From positions 96,001 through 160,000 of the forward strand of contig CAVZVA010000002.1 of assembly GCA_963778655.1 (NCBI GenBank): 64,000 bases of DNA, written 5' to 3'. Position numbers and translations under genes: made by a program. The stretch comes from an uncultured delta proteobacterium (lineage in GTDB: Bacteria > Myxococcota_A > Polyangia > Polyangiales > JAFGIB01). The notes under the pieces were generated by a model. It saw nothing but the letters and a program-made list of their open reading frames with translations. It ran no database searches and had not been told where the DNA came from. Shown piece after piece: positions 1 through 8,750 of the stretch (within the stretch, counting starts at the first letter, position 1; each line of letters starts with the position of its first letter).

Positions 1-663
1 GGCTTCTTCATCGAGATACCACTGCGCGTGGCAGCACACTCGGCTATGGTCGTCGAGCACGGCCAAGAGCTTGGGCTTGACCAGCCGGCCGTCCTTGCAC
101 ACCACGTGACGCCTGCCGTGGTGGAAATCCAGATGCCACAGCGCGTGGGCGTGCGCCTTCTCGTAGCTGCGCGTCTCGCGCGGGCCGCGCTCGGCCCGGT
201 GGTCGGTGCGGCGGCGGTGACGGTACAGACCGTGCGCTTTCATCGCGCGCCGCACCGTCGCGTAGCTCGGAAGCGGCCCCAGGGCAGCGTCGGCTTCGAC
301 CAGCGCGTCGAGATTCTTGTGGTGCAGCGCGTAGCTCCACGTGGGGTGCTCGGCGTGCAGCCGCTTCATCTGCTGCAGCAGCGCCTCGCTCACGACCCGC
401 TGGCTGCCGGCGTCCTTGCGCACCCGCCGCCGCAGCTGCCCGTACGGGTCGTCGCCGGCGCGGGCCGCATAGTACCACTTCTCCAGCGTCGAGTAGCCCA
501 CGCGCATCAGCGCGCCCGTCACCGGGTGCTCGAAGCGTTTGCTCGATAGATCCCCCAGCGCCGCGCGCAGCTGCCCATGTGCCGGCGGCGACACCAGCAG
601 AGGGCCGATCACCGCGTGTCGAAATCGCGCCCAGCGGTCCGCGGTCAGCTCGTCATCGCCCAT
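1..663 (-). CDS. DDE-type integrase/transposase, N-terminal part (runs off window)
   Basis: Hand translation, not in ORF track: MGDDELTADRWARFRHAVIGPLL...STLEKWYY...RKDAG...LWHLDFHH...LAVLDDHSRVCCHAQWY (rve core begins). Confidence 0.85.
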   Translation of the reverse strand, partial: MGDDELTADRWARFRHAVIGPLLVSPPAHGQLRAALGDLSSKRFEHPVTGALMRVGYSTLEKWYYAARAGDDPYGQLRRRVRKDAGSQRVVSEALLQQMKRLHAEHPTWSYALHHKNLDALVEADAALGPLPSYATVRRAMKAHGLYRHRRRTDHRAERGPRETRSYEKAHAHALWHLDFHHGRRHVVCKDGRLVKPKLLAVLDDHSRVCCHAQWYLDEEA

Positions 664-696
664 CGACCATGACGCTACGACCCTCGGGCAGGGCGA

Positions 697-1290
697 TCAG
701 CGAGCATCCTCTGCGTGAGAACCTCCTTGCATCGGAATGCGCGTTCCAAAATGACGCGCCAGAAACTCCAACGCGTGCACCATCCGCTCGCGGGCCGTGT
801 CCAAGAAGCTATCCAGCAGCGATCGCGGCAGCTCCGAGGCCACCGGCGGCGGCATCAGCTCCGCCCGACCGATCTCGAAGCGCCGGCTGCGACCCACTCG
901 CTCGGTCCACCACCAGCGCCAACGCGACAGCGTCCGGCGGTCGGCGCCCAGCGCCCGTGTCGCCTCAGCGGTCGGCACCGCTGATGGTCCCTGGCGCAGC
1001 GCCGCGCCCAGCAACACGGCCACCCCCAAGTACACGTACCGGCCCAGGAATCGCACCGATGGCGGCCGCACCCGCGTGCGGCACCCCTCCCGACGACAGC
1101 ACAGCCCGAACAACAGGCGCTGCTCCTCGCGCAGCGGCCACGGCCCCCGGGGCTTGCGTAAGTAGTTGGCGACGTCCAGCGCGCCACCACACCGCTGGCA
1201 GCCCCGCGCCTTGACTGCGCTCGCCAGCACACGGTCGATCTCGACAAGCACATCTACAAAGCTCGCGTCCGCGAGAATCTCGGCATACAA
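697..1290 (-). CDS. Cys-rich (Zn-finger-like) transposon accessory protein
   Basis: CQRCGG...RKPRG...CCRREGCRTRVRPPSVRFLGR motif, directly upstream of the transposase; real start codon uncertain. Confidence 0.7.
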   Translation of the reverse strand: MYAEILADASFVDVLVEIDRVLASAVKARGCQRCGGALDVANYLRKPRGPWPLREEQRLLFGLCCRREGCRTRVRPPSVRFLGRYVYLGVAVLLGAALRQGPSAVPTAEATRALGADRRTLSRWRWWWTERVGRSRRFEIGRAELMPPPVASELPRSLLDSFLDTARERMVHALEFLARHFGTRIPMQGGSHAEDAR

Positions 1291-1432
1291 GGGAGCCTCC
1301 TTCGTCTTTGGCGATTCGAAGGAGCGCCCCCTCGGAGGCTTGTGGTCAAGTTTTCCGAGGGGGCTTTTCTATGCACCCTCGACGACCCTGCTCAGGATCC
1401 CCCAGCTTCCCCTCGACGAGTTCGAACACGCA

Positions 1433-1731
1433 GACCGCGTGCTGCCGGTGTCGGCGCGCTCCTTGGGCACCAAGGCGTCGAAGCCGCCACGGCGATAGGC
1501 GCGCAGCCACCCACGGATCGTTTCTGCTGCTACCCGACGACGCAGTGTGCCTGGGATGTTGTAGTCGCGCTCGGCCTTCTCGGTCAGCAGCTTGTACAGA
1601 CCGCGGTGATGAAGCGGTAGTTGTGCCAGATCGGCGATCACGCTGTAACGAAACAGCGCTACCGCTTGCTGTTTGGGGTCCAGCTCGCCTCCGCGGTAGC
1701 TCAGATCCAGGTCCAACGATTCGGTCGGCAT
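1433..1731 (-). pseudogene. Truncated N-terminus of a related DDE transposase
   Basis: ALFRYSVIADL...ETIRGWLRAYRRGGFDALVPKERADTG, the same family signature as 1-663; interrupted at 1432. Confidence 0.75.
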
Positions 1732-1849
1732 ACGTGACTCTCCTGTCGATGCGCGCCTCGGAACGATTCCGATGAGCGAGAGCGCAAAGGGAGCAAGTCT
1801 GTGGCTCGCCGACAGCTACCGTTTCGTGTGGATCGGCTTGGCTGACCTC

Positions 1850-3271
1850 TGAGGTGGACCCCATCGTTCGGACCAGCAGGGAGGCTGGCTAGAGTGGAGT
1901 CTGTTCCGGGTTGATCACGAACATGGGTCGTCGTCGTCTTGGTTCTATCTGCAGAAGGTCTCGGTCGTCCAGCAGTCTCGGGGAGGCATCGGCGGGCGAT
2001 CGAGGGGGGTCCAGGGGGGAGACTGACAAGTGGTGGATACTCGGTGCAGAGCTGTGGATTACGGTGGGTTCGTCAGGCGGCCACCGGCTGCATCGAGCGG
2101 TAGAAGGCGTCCGGCGTCTGGTAGCCCAGGGCCTGATGATCGCGGTGGTAGTTGTAGTAGTCGAAGTAGCGGCCGATGCCGCTACGCGCCTCGACCAGGT
2201 CGCAGTACGCGTGCAGGTAGACCTCTTCGTACTTGAGCGAGCGCCACAGCCGCTCGACGAAGACGTTGTCCAGACAGCGGCCCTTGCCGTCCATGCTGAT
2301 GCGCACGCCAGCGTCGCGCAGCACGCTGGTGAACGCCTCGGCGGTGAACTGCGAGCCCTGATCGGTGTTGAAGATCTCTGGCGTGCCGAACCGTGACATC
2401 GCCTCGTGCAGCGCCTCGACGCAGAAGCTGCTGTCGAGCGTGTTGGAGAGCCGCCACGACAGCACACGGCGGCTGTGCCAGTCCATGATCGCCACCAGGT
2501 AGGCGAATCCTCGGTCCAGCGGGATGTACGTGATGTCCGTGGCCCACACCTGGTTCACCCGAGAAATCTCGAGGTTCCTGAGCAGGTACGGATACACCGG
2601 ATGCTCTGGCGCAGGTCGGCTGGTATCGGGCCGCGGCACCATCGCCGCGATCTCCATCAGCCGCATCAGGCGTTGCACGTGCTTGCGGTTCACGCGCAGG
2701 CCCTGCTTGGCTAGCTCCTTGGCCAGCTTGCGGCTGCCCAGGTGCGGCCACTTCAGATGCAGCTCGTCGATGCGGCGCATCAAGTCGAGCTCGTCGGGGC
2801 TCGTCGACACCGGCTCGTAGTACAGCCCGGAGCGGCTGACGCCCAGCAGTTCGCACTGTTTGCGGATCGAGAGCTTGGCCTCGGGCTCGACCATCGCACG
2901 CCGCTCCGCTAACGGCGCAGTTCGAGCCCGCGTGATAAAAAATCGCGCTCGACCGTCAGCTCGCCGATCTTCTTGAGCAGCTCCTCTTCGCGCTCGCTGT
3001 GCCCGGCCGGCTCGGCCTCGCTGCCGAACGCCAGCGCCGCGCGCTCGATGAACTCGCGCTTCCACTTGTAGATCTGGTTCGCGTGCACCCCGTAGCGCCG
3101 AGCCAGCTCTGGGATGCTCTGCTGCTCTCGGACAGCCTCGAGCGCGACCTTGGCTTTGAACGCGGCCGTGTGCTTCGTGCGGGTCTTCTTCATGGCTCCT
3201 CTTCCTTTCTGTCAAGGAGCAGGCTCCATCTACCACCTTACCGGCTGGTCCGAAATTCGGGGTCCACTTCA
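1850..3271 (-). mobile_element. IS3-family insertion sequence
   Basis: Terminal IRs TGAGGTGGACCCCATCGTTCGGACCAGC (1850) and TGAAGTGGACCCCGAATTTCGGACCAGC (3271, minus); orfA/orfB. Flanks CTC and CAT do not form a target duplication. Confidence 0.92.
2073..3193 (-). CDS. IS3 transposase OrfAB (-1 frameshift fusion of orfA 2909-3193 and orfB ending at 2073)
   Basis: OrfA HTH (AFKAKVALEA...QIYKWK); OrfB WATDITYI...NTDQGSQF...DNVFVERLWRSLKYE; slippery TTTTTTA at 2942-2936 with orfB in the -1 frame. Confidence 0.9.
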
Positions 3272-3560
3272 CATTGGCCACCCGCCAAACCACATAGACG
3301 TTTGGAACGACCGCGGGGACCACCTGGTCCTGTCGTGGGCGGGGACCACCACTATGGGCAGTCACGACCTCGTGGCCACCTCCGGCCTAACGAAGGGAGG
3401 CATGCCCGGCGCGACGTTCCTCGTCACCCAGGGCGCAATCGACGTCACATCGCTCATGAACAATCACATGATCGCGACGTTCCAGATGACGGGGAAGGAC
3501 TCGCAGGGGAACAACATGCAGCTCACCGAAGGCATGGTCGACGTCGAGAAGTACTACTAG
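3272..3560 (+). pseudogene. 3' remnant of an unknown gene cut by IS3
   Basis: Open frame with good high-GC codon bias (...GAIDVTSLMNNHMIATFQMTGKDSQG...VEKYY*) and no start after the IS end. Confidence 0.5.
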
Positions 3561-3731
3561 TGCCGCGTCCGGGTTGATTTGATGCCGTCGTAGCGGAAGA
3601 CGCGCCGTGCATCGTCAACACGGAACTTCCAGTCGATTGTGCGGCGATGATCGCTGGCGCGCTTGCGCCAAGCGGTGACCTCGCGGCGCAGGGTCGCCCC
3701 GCCGACACCCACCGTGCTCGCCTCCAGGCAC
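3557..3731 (-). mobile_element. IS630-family right end with transposase C-terminus
   Basis: Minus strand ...TLRREVTAWRKRASDHRRTIDWKFRVDDARRVFRY...* ending in CTAG; 27-bp end identical to 19406-19432. Confidence 0.75.
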
Positions 3732-3798
3732 AATCAGCGTAAAGAAGACAACGTCTCGCACTTCCTGCTCGGCAAGATCGGACTGAACGGCGGCTGTC

Positions 3799-3893
3799 GG
3801 GGTCACCTGTCGGGGATCACCTGCCAGCGCGTCTTCTCGAGGCGGGAACACCTGGCGCGTTGCGTCGCGGCGGCGCGCTTTGGGATCACCTGC
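3799..3893 (+). repeat. Cluster of RAYT-associated REP-like repeats
   Basis: GGGATCACCTGCCAGCGCGTCTTC at 3813-3836 (22/24 to the RAYT IR), plus partial copies at ~3799 and 3882. Confidence 0.75.
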
Positions 3894-3911
3894 ACAAAGA
3901 ACCCGATCAGC

Positions 3912-3958
3912 GGTGCCCAGGGACGGAATCGAACCGCCGACACGAGGATCTTCAGTCC
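3912..3958 (-). tRNA. 3' fragment of tRNA-Phe(GAA); probable att-site duplication, not a full tRNA
   Basis: GGACTGAAGATCC anticodon arm, TCGTGT, CGGCGGTTCGATTCCGTC T-arm region, CCTGGGCACC acceptor strand; no D-arm or 5' acceptor strand upstream. Confidence 0.85.
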
Positions 3959-4188
3959 CGGAGCCGCGGGGCGTAGGTGCCGACTCAACCACAAGACCGA
4001 TCCCAACTGGCGACACCGACCCTCCGTGCTCGATCAGATGCGTAGCTGGCGGGTCAGCCCCTCACGAAAAGGACGCGCTCGACCAATTCCGCGTATCGCG
4101 CCTGCGAGCGTCCCGTGAGAGCGCTAAAGCGATCACGCATGGTGTGGCCCCCTGCTGGAACTTGTCTCGCCGAGGTCACTGCTGATCG

Positions 4189-4491
4189 CTACAGAACGCG
4201 CCGCATTCCGAGGTGCCGACGTAGGCGTTCGCGCTCCTCCTCGTCGGTGAACTCGCGCGTTCCTTGGCGATCGGCTTCGCGGCGGAGCGCTTGAAGTAGC
4301 GGGGCGGCTGGGATCATGCTCTTCCCGCCGACGCGCCAAATTGGTACCCCGAGGCGCCCGGCGTTGTCGCGAAGCCACCGCCAAGGCACCCCCGTCATGT
4401 CGATAGCGTTGCGAGGTCCGATCGTGATCGGCGCCACTGCGGCGTCTGCGCGTCCCCCTGACCCCACTCGCGGTTGTGTGCTCGCCACCAT
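4189..4491 (-). CDS. Small putative excisionase-like DNA-binding protein
   Basis: 100 aa with a winged-helix-like pattern (GVPWRWLRD...VPIWRVGGKSMIP), lying between two att-like fragments. Confidence 0.45.
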   Translation of the reverse strand: MVASTQPRVGSGGRADAAVAPITIGPRNAIDMTGVPWRWLRDNAGRLGVPIWRVGGKSMIPAAPLLQALRREADRQGTREFTDEEERERLRRHLGMRRVL

Positions 4492-4600
4492 CCCTCGAAT
4501 CTACATATGCTATGTTCTAATTGACAACGCAATATTGAAAGCGGACCCGGGCGAAGCGGTCGCGTATCCAACAAAATTGCGTCATTTCAAGGAGTTAACC

Positions 4601-4622
4601 GGTGGAGGCGGCGGGAGTCGAA
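4601..4622 (-). ncRNA. ssrA: 3'-terminal fragment of tmRNA (att-like)
   Basis: TTCGACTCCCGCCGCCTCCACC matches the typical tmRNA T-loop/acceptor end; the rest of the gene is absent. Confidence 0.7.
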
Positions 4623-4712
4623 TGGCCCTTGCGACTGTTTTCTAACCAGCGGACATCACGCGCTTTTCCACCGTAAGCGCCCGAGATAACCGCCGTTTCC
4701 ACTGGCCCGCAT

Positions 4713-4774
4713 ACTCTCCTGAACTCTCTGAACCTCTCTCGAAGTCTCCCTGGTCTTGGAGACATTTTGGAGAC
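4713..4774. repeat. Short repeats, possibly integrase arm-type sites
   Basis: Three CTCTC..GAA units and a TGGAGAC direct repeat beside the ssrA fragment. Confidence 0.35.
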
Positions 4775-4804
4775 GGGCTGCGGGGGCGTCCGCGGTGCTG
4801 AACG

Positions 4805-5590
4805 TCATCGCGGTGGCAGCCAGAGCAAGCTGAGAACTCTTCCCCATGACGGCAGGCTCACGGAGTGCTCGACCAGCTCCAGGTCGTCACTCACGTTGGC
4901 AATCCACGCATTGGCCGTGACGGTCTCCGGGTGCTGCGAGATGGTGCCCTTCTCGAAGTAGTCCCAGGCGAGGCTCCACTTGTCGAGCTTCTGGCCCGGA
5001 TCGATCCACCCCCAGAAATCCTCGCCCCTCGAAGTCCATTCGACGTGACCGTCGTGCGAACACACCAGCGCCACGGCCTCCGGGCAGAGATCCACGAACC
5101 GCATCGCGGCCGCGGTCAGCGACACCTCGAACTCGTCTGCGATGGGCTTGACGACCTTCCAGCTCACCTTGGGCACGTCGCACTTGGGCGAGACCAGGTG
5201 CTCGGGCATCAACAGCTCGGCCGCGAAAGAGTTGGCCTCGCCCTCGCGCCCGGAGCCCTTGTAGTTCGCGACGAAGTCCTTGCTCGTGCAGATGCCGAGG
5301 TACGAAGCGCTCGAATGAACCTCGAAGTGCCCAAGCTCATGTGCGATGGCGAAGCGGGCTTGTTCCGGCGGCAGGGTTTCGGACACCGTGATCACGCTGC
5401 GCTTTCCAACCCGCGCGAGCTGGGCGCGTGAGCCCTTCATCGGCGCGTACTCGACCAACGCTCCCCTGACATAGGCGAGCGCCTCCAGCCGGGCCTCGGT
5501 CGGGTGGGCAAGCCGCAGCTCTTCGTACACGCGCTTGGCCACGTTGGACGCGAGGCTCCGGTGCGGCTCGACCCGCCGCCTAGCCTTCAT
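4805..5590 (-). CDS. ImmA/IrrE (CapP-like) Zn metallopeptidase
   Basis: RFAIAHELGH (HExxH), EGEANSFAAELLMP, FEVSLTAAAMRF; ATG at 5590 overlaps the upstream gene. Confidence 0.9.
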   Translation of the reverse strand: MKARRRVEPHRSLASNVAKRVYEELRLAHPTEARLEALAYVRGALVEYAPMKGSRAQLARVGKRSVITVSETLPPEQARFAIAHELGHFEVHSSASYLGICTSKDFVANYKGSGREGEANSFAAELLMPEHLVSPKCDVPKVSWKVVKPIADEFEVSLTAAAMRFVDLCPEAVALVCSHDGHVEWTSRGEDFWGWIDPGQKLDKWSLAWDYFEKGTISQHPETVTANAWIANVSDDLELVEHSVSLPSWGRVLSLLWLPPR

Positions 5591-5996
5591 CGTCTTCGCC
5601 TTGGAGCAGGTAGGTGAGCGCGCGGATGGCATTCAACACATCTGCCCTCGACGCGCCCTCGAACTTCATGAAGTGCATGCCCGCAGCCCGCGGGCCGGCC
5701 TGTTCGACCAGGCCATTCAACTGGCCCAGCAGGGCAGCCATCTCCAGTTGCTCGTCCTCGACGCCCTGGTCCTGTAGGCGGGCAAGGTCTTCTTGCCTAC
5801 GGCGCTCCGCCTCCGCCCACGCGCGACCGCGCTCGGCCGCGTCGAAGGCGGCAACCTTGTCGCGCAGCTCGCCCGCGAACTGGGCGACATCAATCCCGAG
5901 GGACTCGGCCGCCTCACCAGGCGCCTCCGCGACGACCTCTTCATCCAAAGCGTCGAACAGGGCGTCGTCGAAGTTCTTCTTGTCGGCGCTACTCAT
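5580..5996 (-). CDS. Small acidic helical protein, candidate anti-sigma factor / protease substrate
   Basis: MSSADKKNFDDALFDAL...HFMKFEGASRADVLNAIRALTYL; overlaps both neighbouring genes. Confidence 0.7.
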   Translation of the reverse strand: MSSADKKNFDDALFDALDEEVVAEAPGEAAESLGIDVAQFAGELRDKVAAFDAAERGRAWAEAERRRQEDLARLQDQGVEDEQLEMAALLGQLNGLVEQAGPRAAGMHFMKFEGASRADVLNAIRALTYLLQGEDDEG

Positions 5997-6591
5997 GCTT
6001 GGCTCCTGACGCGGCGAGTTCTTTCTTGGCCAAGGTCGCCATGCGGCGCTGGAGCTTCTTGCGCACCACTGACACACGCTCTGGGGTCCAGTCCAGGGCC
6101 ACGGCGATGTCCTCGCGCTTGGTGTGCCCCTCCTCAACAGCCAGCAAGAGCATGCCGCAATCATCGTCGTCACCAGCGGCTGCCGTCGCCCGACGGGTGA
6201 GCGGAGTCTCCTCATCTCCGTCGCTACCGTCACAACCGCCGCCGGCCTCGCGGCTGACTTCGGCGGGGGACAACTCTTCCAGCTCGATGCCGGGCGTCAC
6301 CGGGTGCCTGTCGACCGCTCGCTTCGTGTCCATGACGATGCTCCTCATCGTGCGCGACAGCAGGTGAACAACGTCGCCTTCGTGGCCCGAGATCCAGTTC
6401 CGCTTGCCCTCCAGGACTCTCTCCACGGCCTTGTTGATCAGCTCCTTGACCTCCAGCGCCGCCGCCTGCCCATCTCCACGCCCGTGCCACCCGTACCAGG
6501 ATAGATACGCGCGCCCACGACGGACTAGCAGGTCCACCTGGGCGGTGTCCCAGCCAAAACTGCGAATGGCGTCGCGGGGCGAGGGCGTCAT
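5989..6591 (-). CDS. ECF/sigma-70-like factor
   Basis: Region-2-like ELINKAVERVLEGKRNW...LLSRTMRSIV and region-4-like HTH EGHTKREDIAVALDWTPERVSVVRKKLQRRM. Confidence 0.7.
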   Translation of the reverse strand: MTPSPRDAIRSFGWDTAQVDLLVRRGRAYLSWYGWHGRGDGQAAALEVKELINKAVERVLEGKRNWISGHEGDVVHLLSRTMRSIVMDTKRAVDRHPVTPGIELEELSPAEVSREAGGGCDGSDGDEETPLTRRATAAAGDDDDCGMLLLAVEEGHTKREDIAVALDWTPERVSVVRKKLQRRMATLAKKELAASGAKHE

Positions 6592-6618
6592 CGGCGGCCG
6601 TATTGGCTCTTCGGTCTA

Positions 6619-6688
6619 GAGGCGGATTCCTGGTCACGCGGGGAAGAAAAAAAGTGGCCGGGCCCCTGCATGACCAGGAATGCCCCTC
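6619..6688. promoter_or_regulatory. Pair of outward-facing boxes in the divergent promoter region
   Basis: GCGTGACCAGGAATCCGCCTC (minus, 6639-6619) and GCATGACCAGGAATGCCCCTC (plus, 6668-6688), 18/21 identical, separated by an A-tract. Confidence 0.7.
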
Positions 6689-6739
6689 ACCAGCGAAGAC
6701 CTTGTGACGGCCGACTGCGGCCGAGATCGGAGGTAATGG

Positions 6740-7006
6740 TTGGAAAACTCCACTGAAAACGTCAAGCGCTCGGGCCAGCATCAGTTCCAGGTCCGGGTAA
6801 ATGGCCGCAAGGTCGATTTCGACGAGCGCCACGTCACGGCACGCGAGATCCTCGACAAGGCTGGCTTCGAGGGCGAGTTCTGCCTCGCGGCGACCCTCGG
6901 CGAGAGCGGCAAGGTCGAGCAGACCTTCTCGGACGGCGACCGCGTCGACCTGAAGAAGCACAAGCACTTCCGGGCGACCTTCGGCGGCTGCGAGGTGGTC
7001 GCGTGA
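6740..7006 (+). CDS. Ubiquitin-like (multi-ubiquitin family, beta-grasp) protein
   Basis: FQVRVNGRKVDFDERHVTAREILDKAG...DRVDL..HFRATFGG+CEVVA; TTG start after a GGAGGT RBS. Confidence 0.8.
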   Translation: MENSTENVKRSGQHQFQVRVNGRKVDFDERHVTAREILDKAGFEGEFCLAATLGESGKVEQTFSDGDRVDLKKHKHFRATFGGCEVVA

Positions 7007-7362
7007 TCGAGAAGGTCCTCAGCGACCTTTGGGACGCCGGGTACGAAGGCGCCCGCGTGTACGGCCAGCGGCCGAACATCGTGGATGTCTTCGTACCCGG
7101 CTACCGGCCTCCCGCGGAGACCTGCAACGAGGAGGTCGCCGACATCATCATTCCGCTGCCGGCGACCTTCCCGGCCGCCGCGCCCTACGGCTTCTTCGCC
7201 GTGACGCCAATCTCGCGCAAGAGCGGGACGTGGCGGAACACGTCGAAGGCGAAGCCGCACACCTCGGCGACTTTCTTCTCGCGGCAGTGCCCCGAGTGGG
7301 ACCCCGCCAAGCACGACATCCTCACAATCCTCGCGTTCATCAACCTCTGGCTCTCGTCATGA
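7003..7362 (+). CDS. Prokaryotic E2/UBC-like protein (E2 family E-like)
   Basis: IIIPLPATFPAAAPYGFF...FFSRQCPEWDP; GTGA overlap with the Ubl gene. Confidence 0.8.
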   Translation: MIEKVLSDLWDAGYEGARVYGQRPNIVDVFVPGYRPPAETCNEEVADIIIPLPATFPAAAPYGFFAVTPISRKSGTWRNTSKAKPHTSATFFSRQCPEWDPAKHDILTILAFINLWLSS

Positions 7363-8750
7363 CCCCCGAACTCCATTTCGCCATCGACGAGCAGCTCCAC
7401 CGGCGCATGAGCAGCCTCCTGCTGCGCAACAGCCCCGAGGAGGAGGTCTGCTTCGCGCTGGTTGCGCCCAGCACCGGCCTGACGCGGCGGACACTGATCG
7501 TGCGCGACATCATCGAGCCCCTGCCGGGCGAGCGCGAGGTCCGCGGCATCGTCTCCTTCTCGGCCCCCTTCATCAACCGCGCCATCGACGCCGCCATCGA
7601 CGCCGGCATGGGCCTCGCGCTCGTCCACAGCCACCCCTTCGGGTCGGGCTTCCAGTCTCCCAGCTTCGAGGACCGGCGTGCCGAGGCGCGCACGGCCGCC
7701 ACGGCAGCCTTCGCCCTGAACGGTCGGCCCACGGCGGGCATGATCCTCGCGGGGGACGGGACGCTTTCCGGCCGCGAGTACACCTTCGACAGCCCCCGGT
7801 CGCAGCCCAACATCCGCAGCAACGACGCCACGCGCGTGGTCGGACCGCACCTCGTGCTCCAGCGGCCCCAGCTCACGGCCGGTGACCTGGGCGCCGTCCA
7901 CGCCAGCCACGTCGGGCTCTTCGGCCAGCTGGGCCAGAGCATCCTTGGCGACTTGCGAGTCGCGGTGGTGGGGGTTGGTAGTGTCGGTCAGTGGGTCGCG
8001 CTCCAACTGTCGCGCCTCGGCGTCGGCACGGTGGGAGGCATCGACTACGACATCGTCGAGCGCAAGAACCTCAACCGCTTGATCGCTTTCCCCGACGACA
8101 TCGGCCAGTACAAGGTGCTGGTCACCAGCCGCGAGGCGTCCAGGAGTGCCACGGCCTCCACCTTCAAGTTCGAGCCGCACATCGCGAGCATCGTGGAGGA
8201 GGACGGGGTCGCCGCTCTCAGCGACTACGACTTGGTGTTCTCCTGCGCGGACTCGCACTGGAGCCGGCAGGTCCTCAACGCGGCCTGCTACGCCCGCCTC
8301 ATCCCGGTGATCGACGGCGGCACGGCGATCAAGTCGAGCGCGGAGACCTTCCAGACCGCGTCGTTCCGCGTGCAGGTGGCGGGCCCTGGCCGGGCGTGCC
8401 TCGCCTGCGGAGGCGCCTTCGACCCGGCGGAGGTCGGTAAGGAGATGGCCGGCCTCGCCGCCCCGCACTATGCGGCCGACGACCCGGCTGCCGTGGGCGA
8501 GCCGAGCGTGATCGCGCTCAACAACGGCCTCGCGAGCTTCGAGGTGATGCGGTTCATGGAGGTGGCGCTCCAGATCGCGGGAAACCGCGACCTGGGCATC
8601 CAGCGGTTCGACTACCGCGTTGGCGACGTTGGCGTACATCTACCGACCTGCCGCCCAGGCTGCCCCTGGGCCGGCGCGACAGGATACGGCGACTACGCCA
8701 CGCTCCCCTTGGGCACCGACCCGCGCTTCACGAAGCGGGTCGCCGCGTAG
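7359..8750 (+). CDS. JAB/MPN peptidase fused to ThiF/E1 adenylyltransferase
   Basis: JAB E...HSHP...S..D; E1 VGVGSVG, DYDIVERKNLNRL, SCADS, VIDGG, Zn ligands CLAC and CRPGC; ATGA overlap with E2. Confidence 0.9.
   Translation: MTPELHFAIDEQLHRRMSSLLLRNSPEEEVCFALVAPSTGLTRRTLIVRDIIEPLPGEREVRGIVSFSAPFINRAIDAAIDAGMGLALVHSHPFGSGFQSPSFEDRRAEARTAATAAFALNGRPTAGMILAGDGTLSGREYTFDSPRSQPNIRSNDATRVVGPHLVLQRPQLTAGDLGAVHASHVGLFGQLGQSILGDLRVAVVGVGSVGQWVALQLSRLGVGTVGGIDYDIVERKNLNRLIAFPDDIGQYKVLVTSREASRSATASTFKFEPHIASIVEEDGVAALSDYDLVFSCADSHWSRQVLNAACYARLIPVIDGGTAIKSSAETFQTASFRVQVAGPGRACLACGGAFDPAEVGKEMAGLAAPHYAADDPAAVGEPSVIALNNGLASFEVMRFMEVALQIAGNRDLGIQRFDYRVGDVGVHLPTCRPGCPWAGATGYGDYATLPLGTDPRFTKRVAA

Larger units (their letters stand above)
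1..1432 (-). mobile_element. DDE transposon (IS481/Mu-like, with upstream Cys-rich accessory gene), truncated by window start; one end near 1432
   Basis: Transposase plus accessory ORF. Minus strand begins TG at 1432 exactly where a related transposase (1433-1731) breaks off. Subterminal repeat CCCTCGACGA at 1376 and 1410. Confidence 0.7.

Noticed and set aside
3912..3990. Functional tRNA-Phe
   Set aside because: The 5' half (acceptor strand and D-arm) is missing.
7029..7358. N-terminal extension of the JAB-E1 ORF in the track
   Set aside because: Overlaps the E2 gene; ATGA coupling at 7359 is the better start.
6740..8750. CBASS or thiamine/molybdopterin biosynthesis assignment
   Set aside because: No CD-NTase and no thi/moa genes nearby; the E2 points to a conjugation system.
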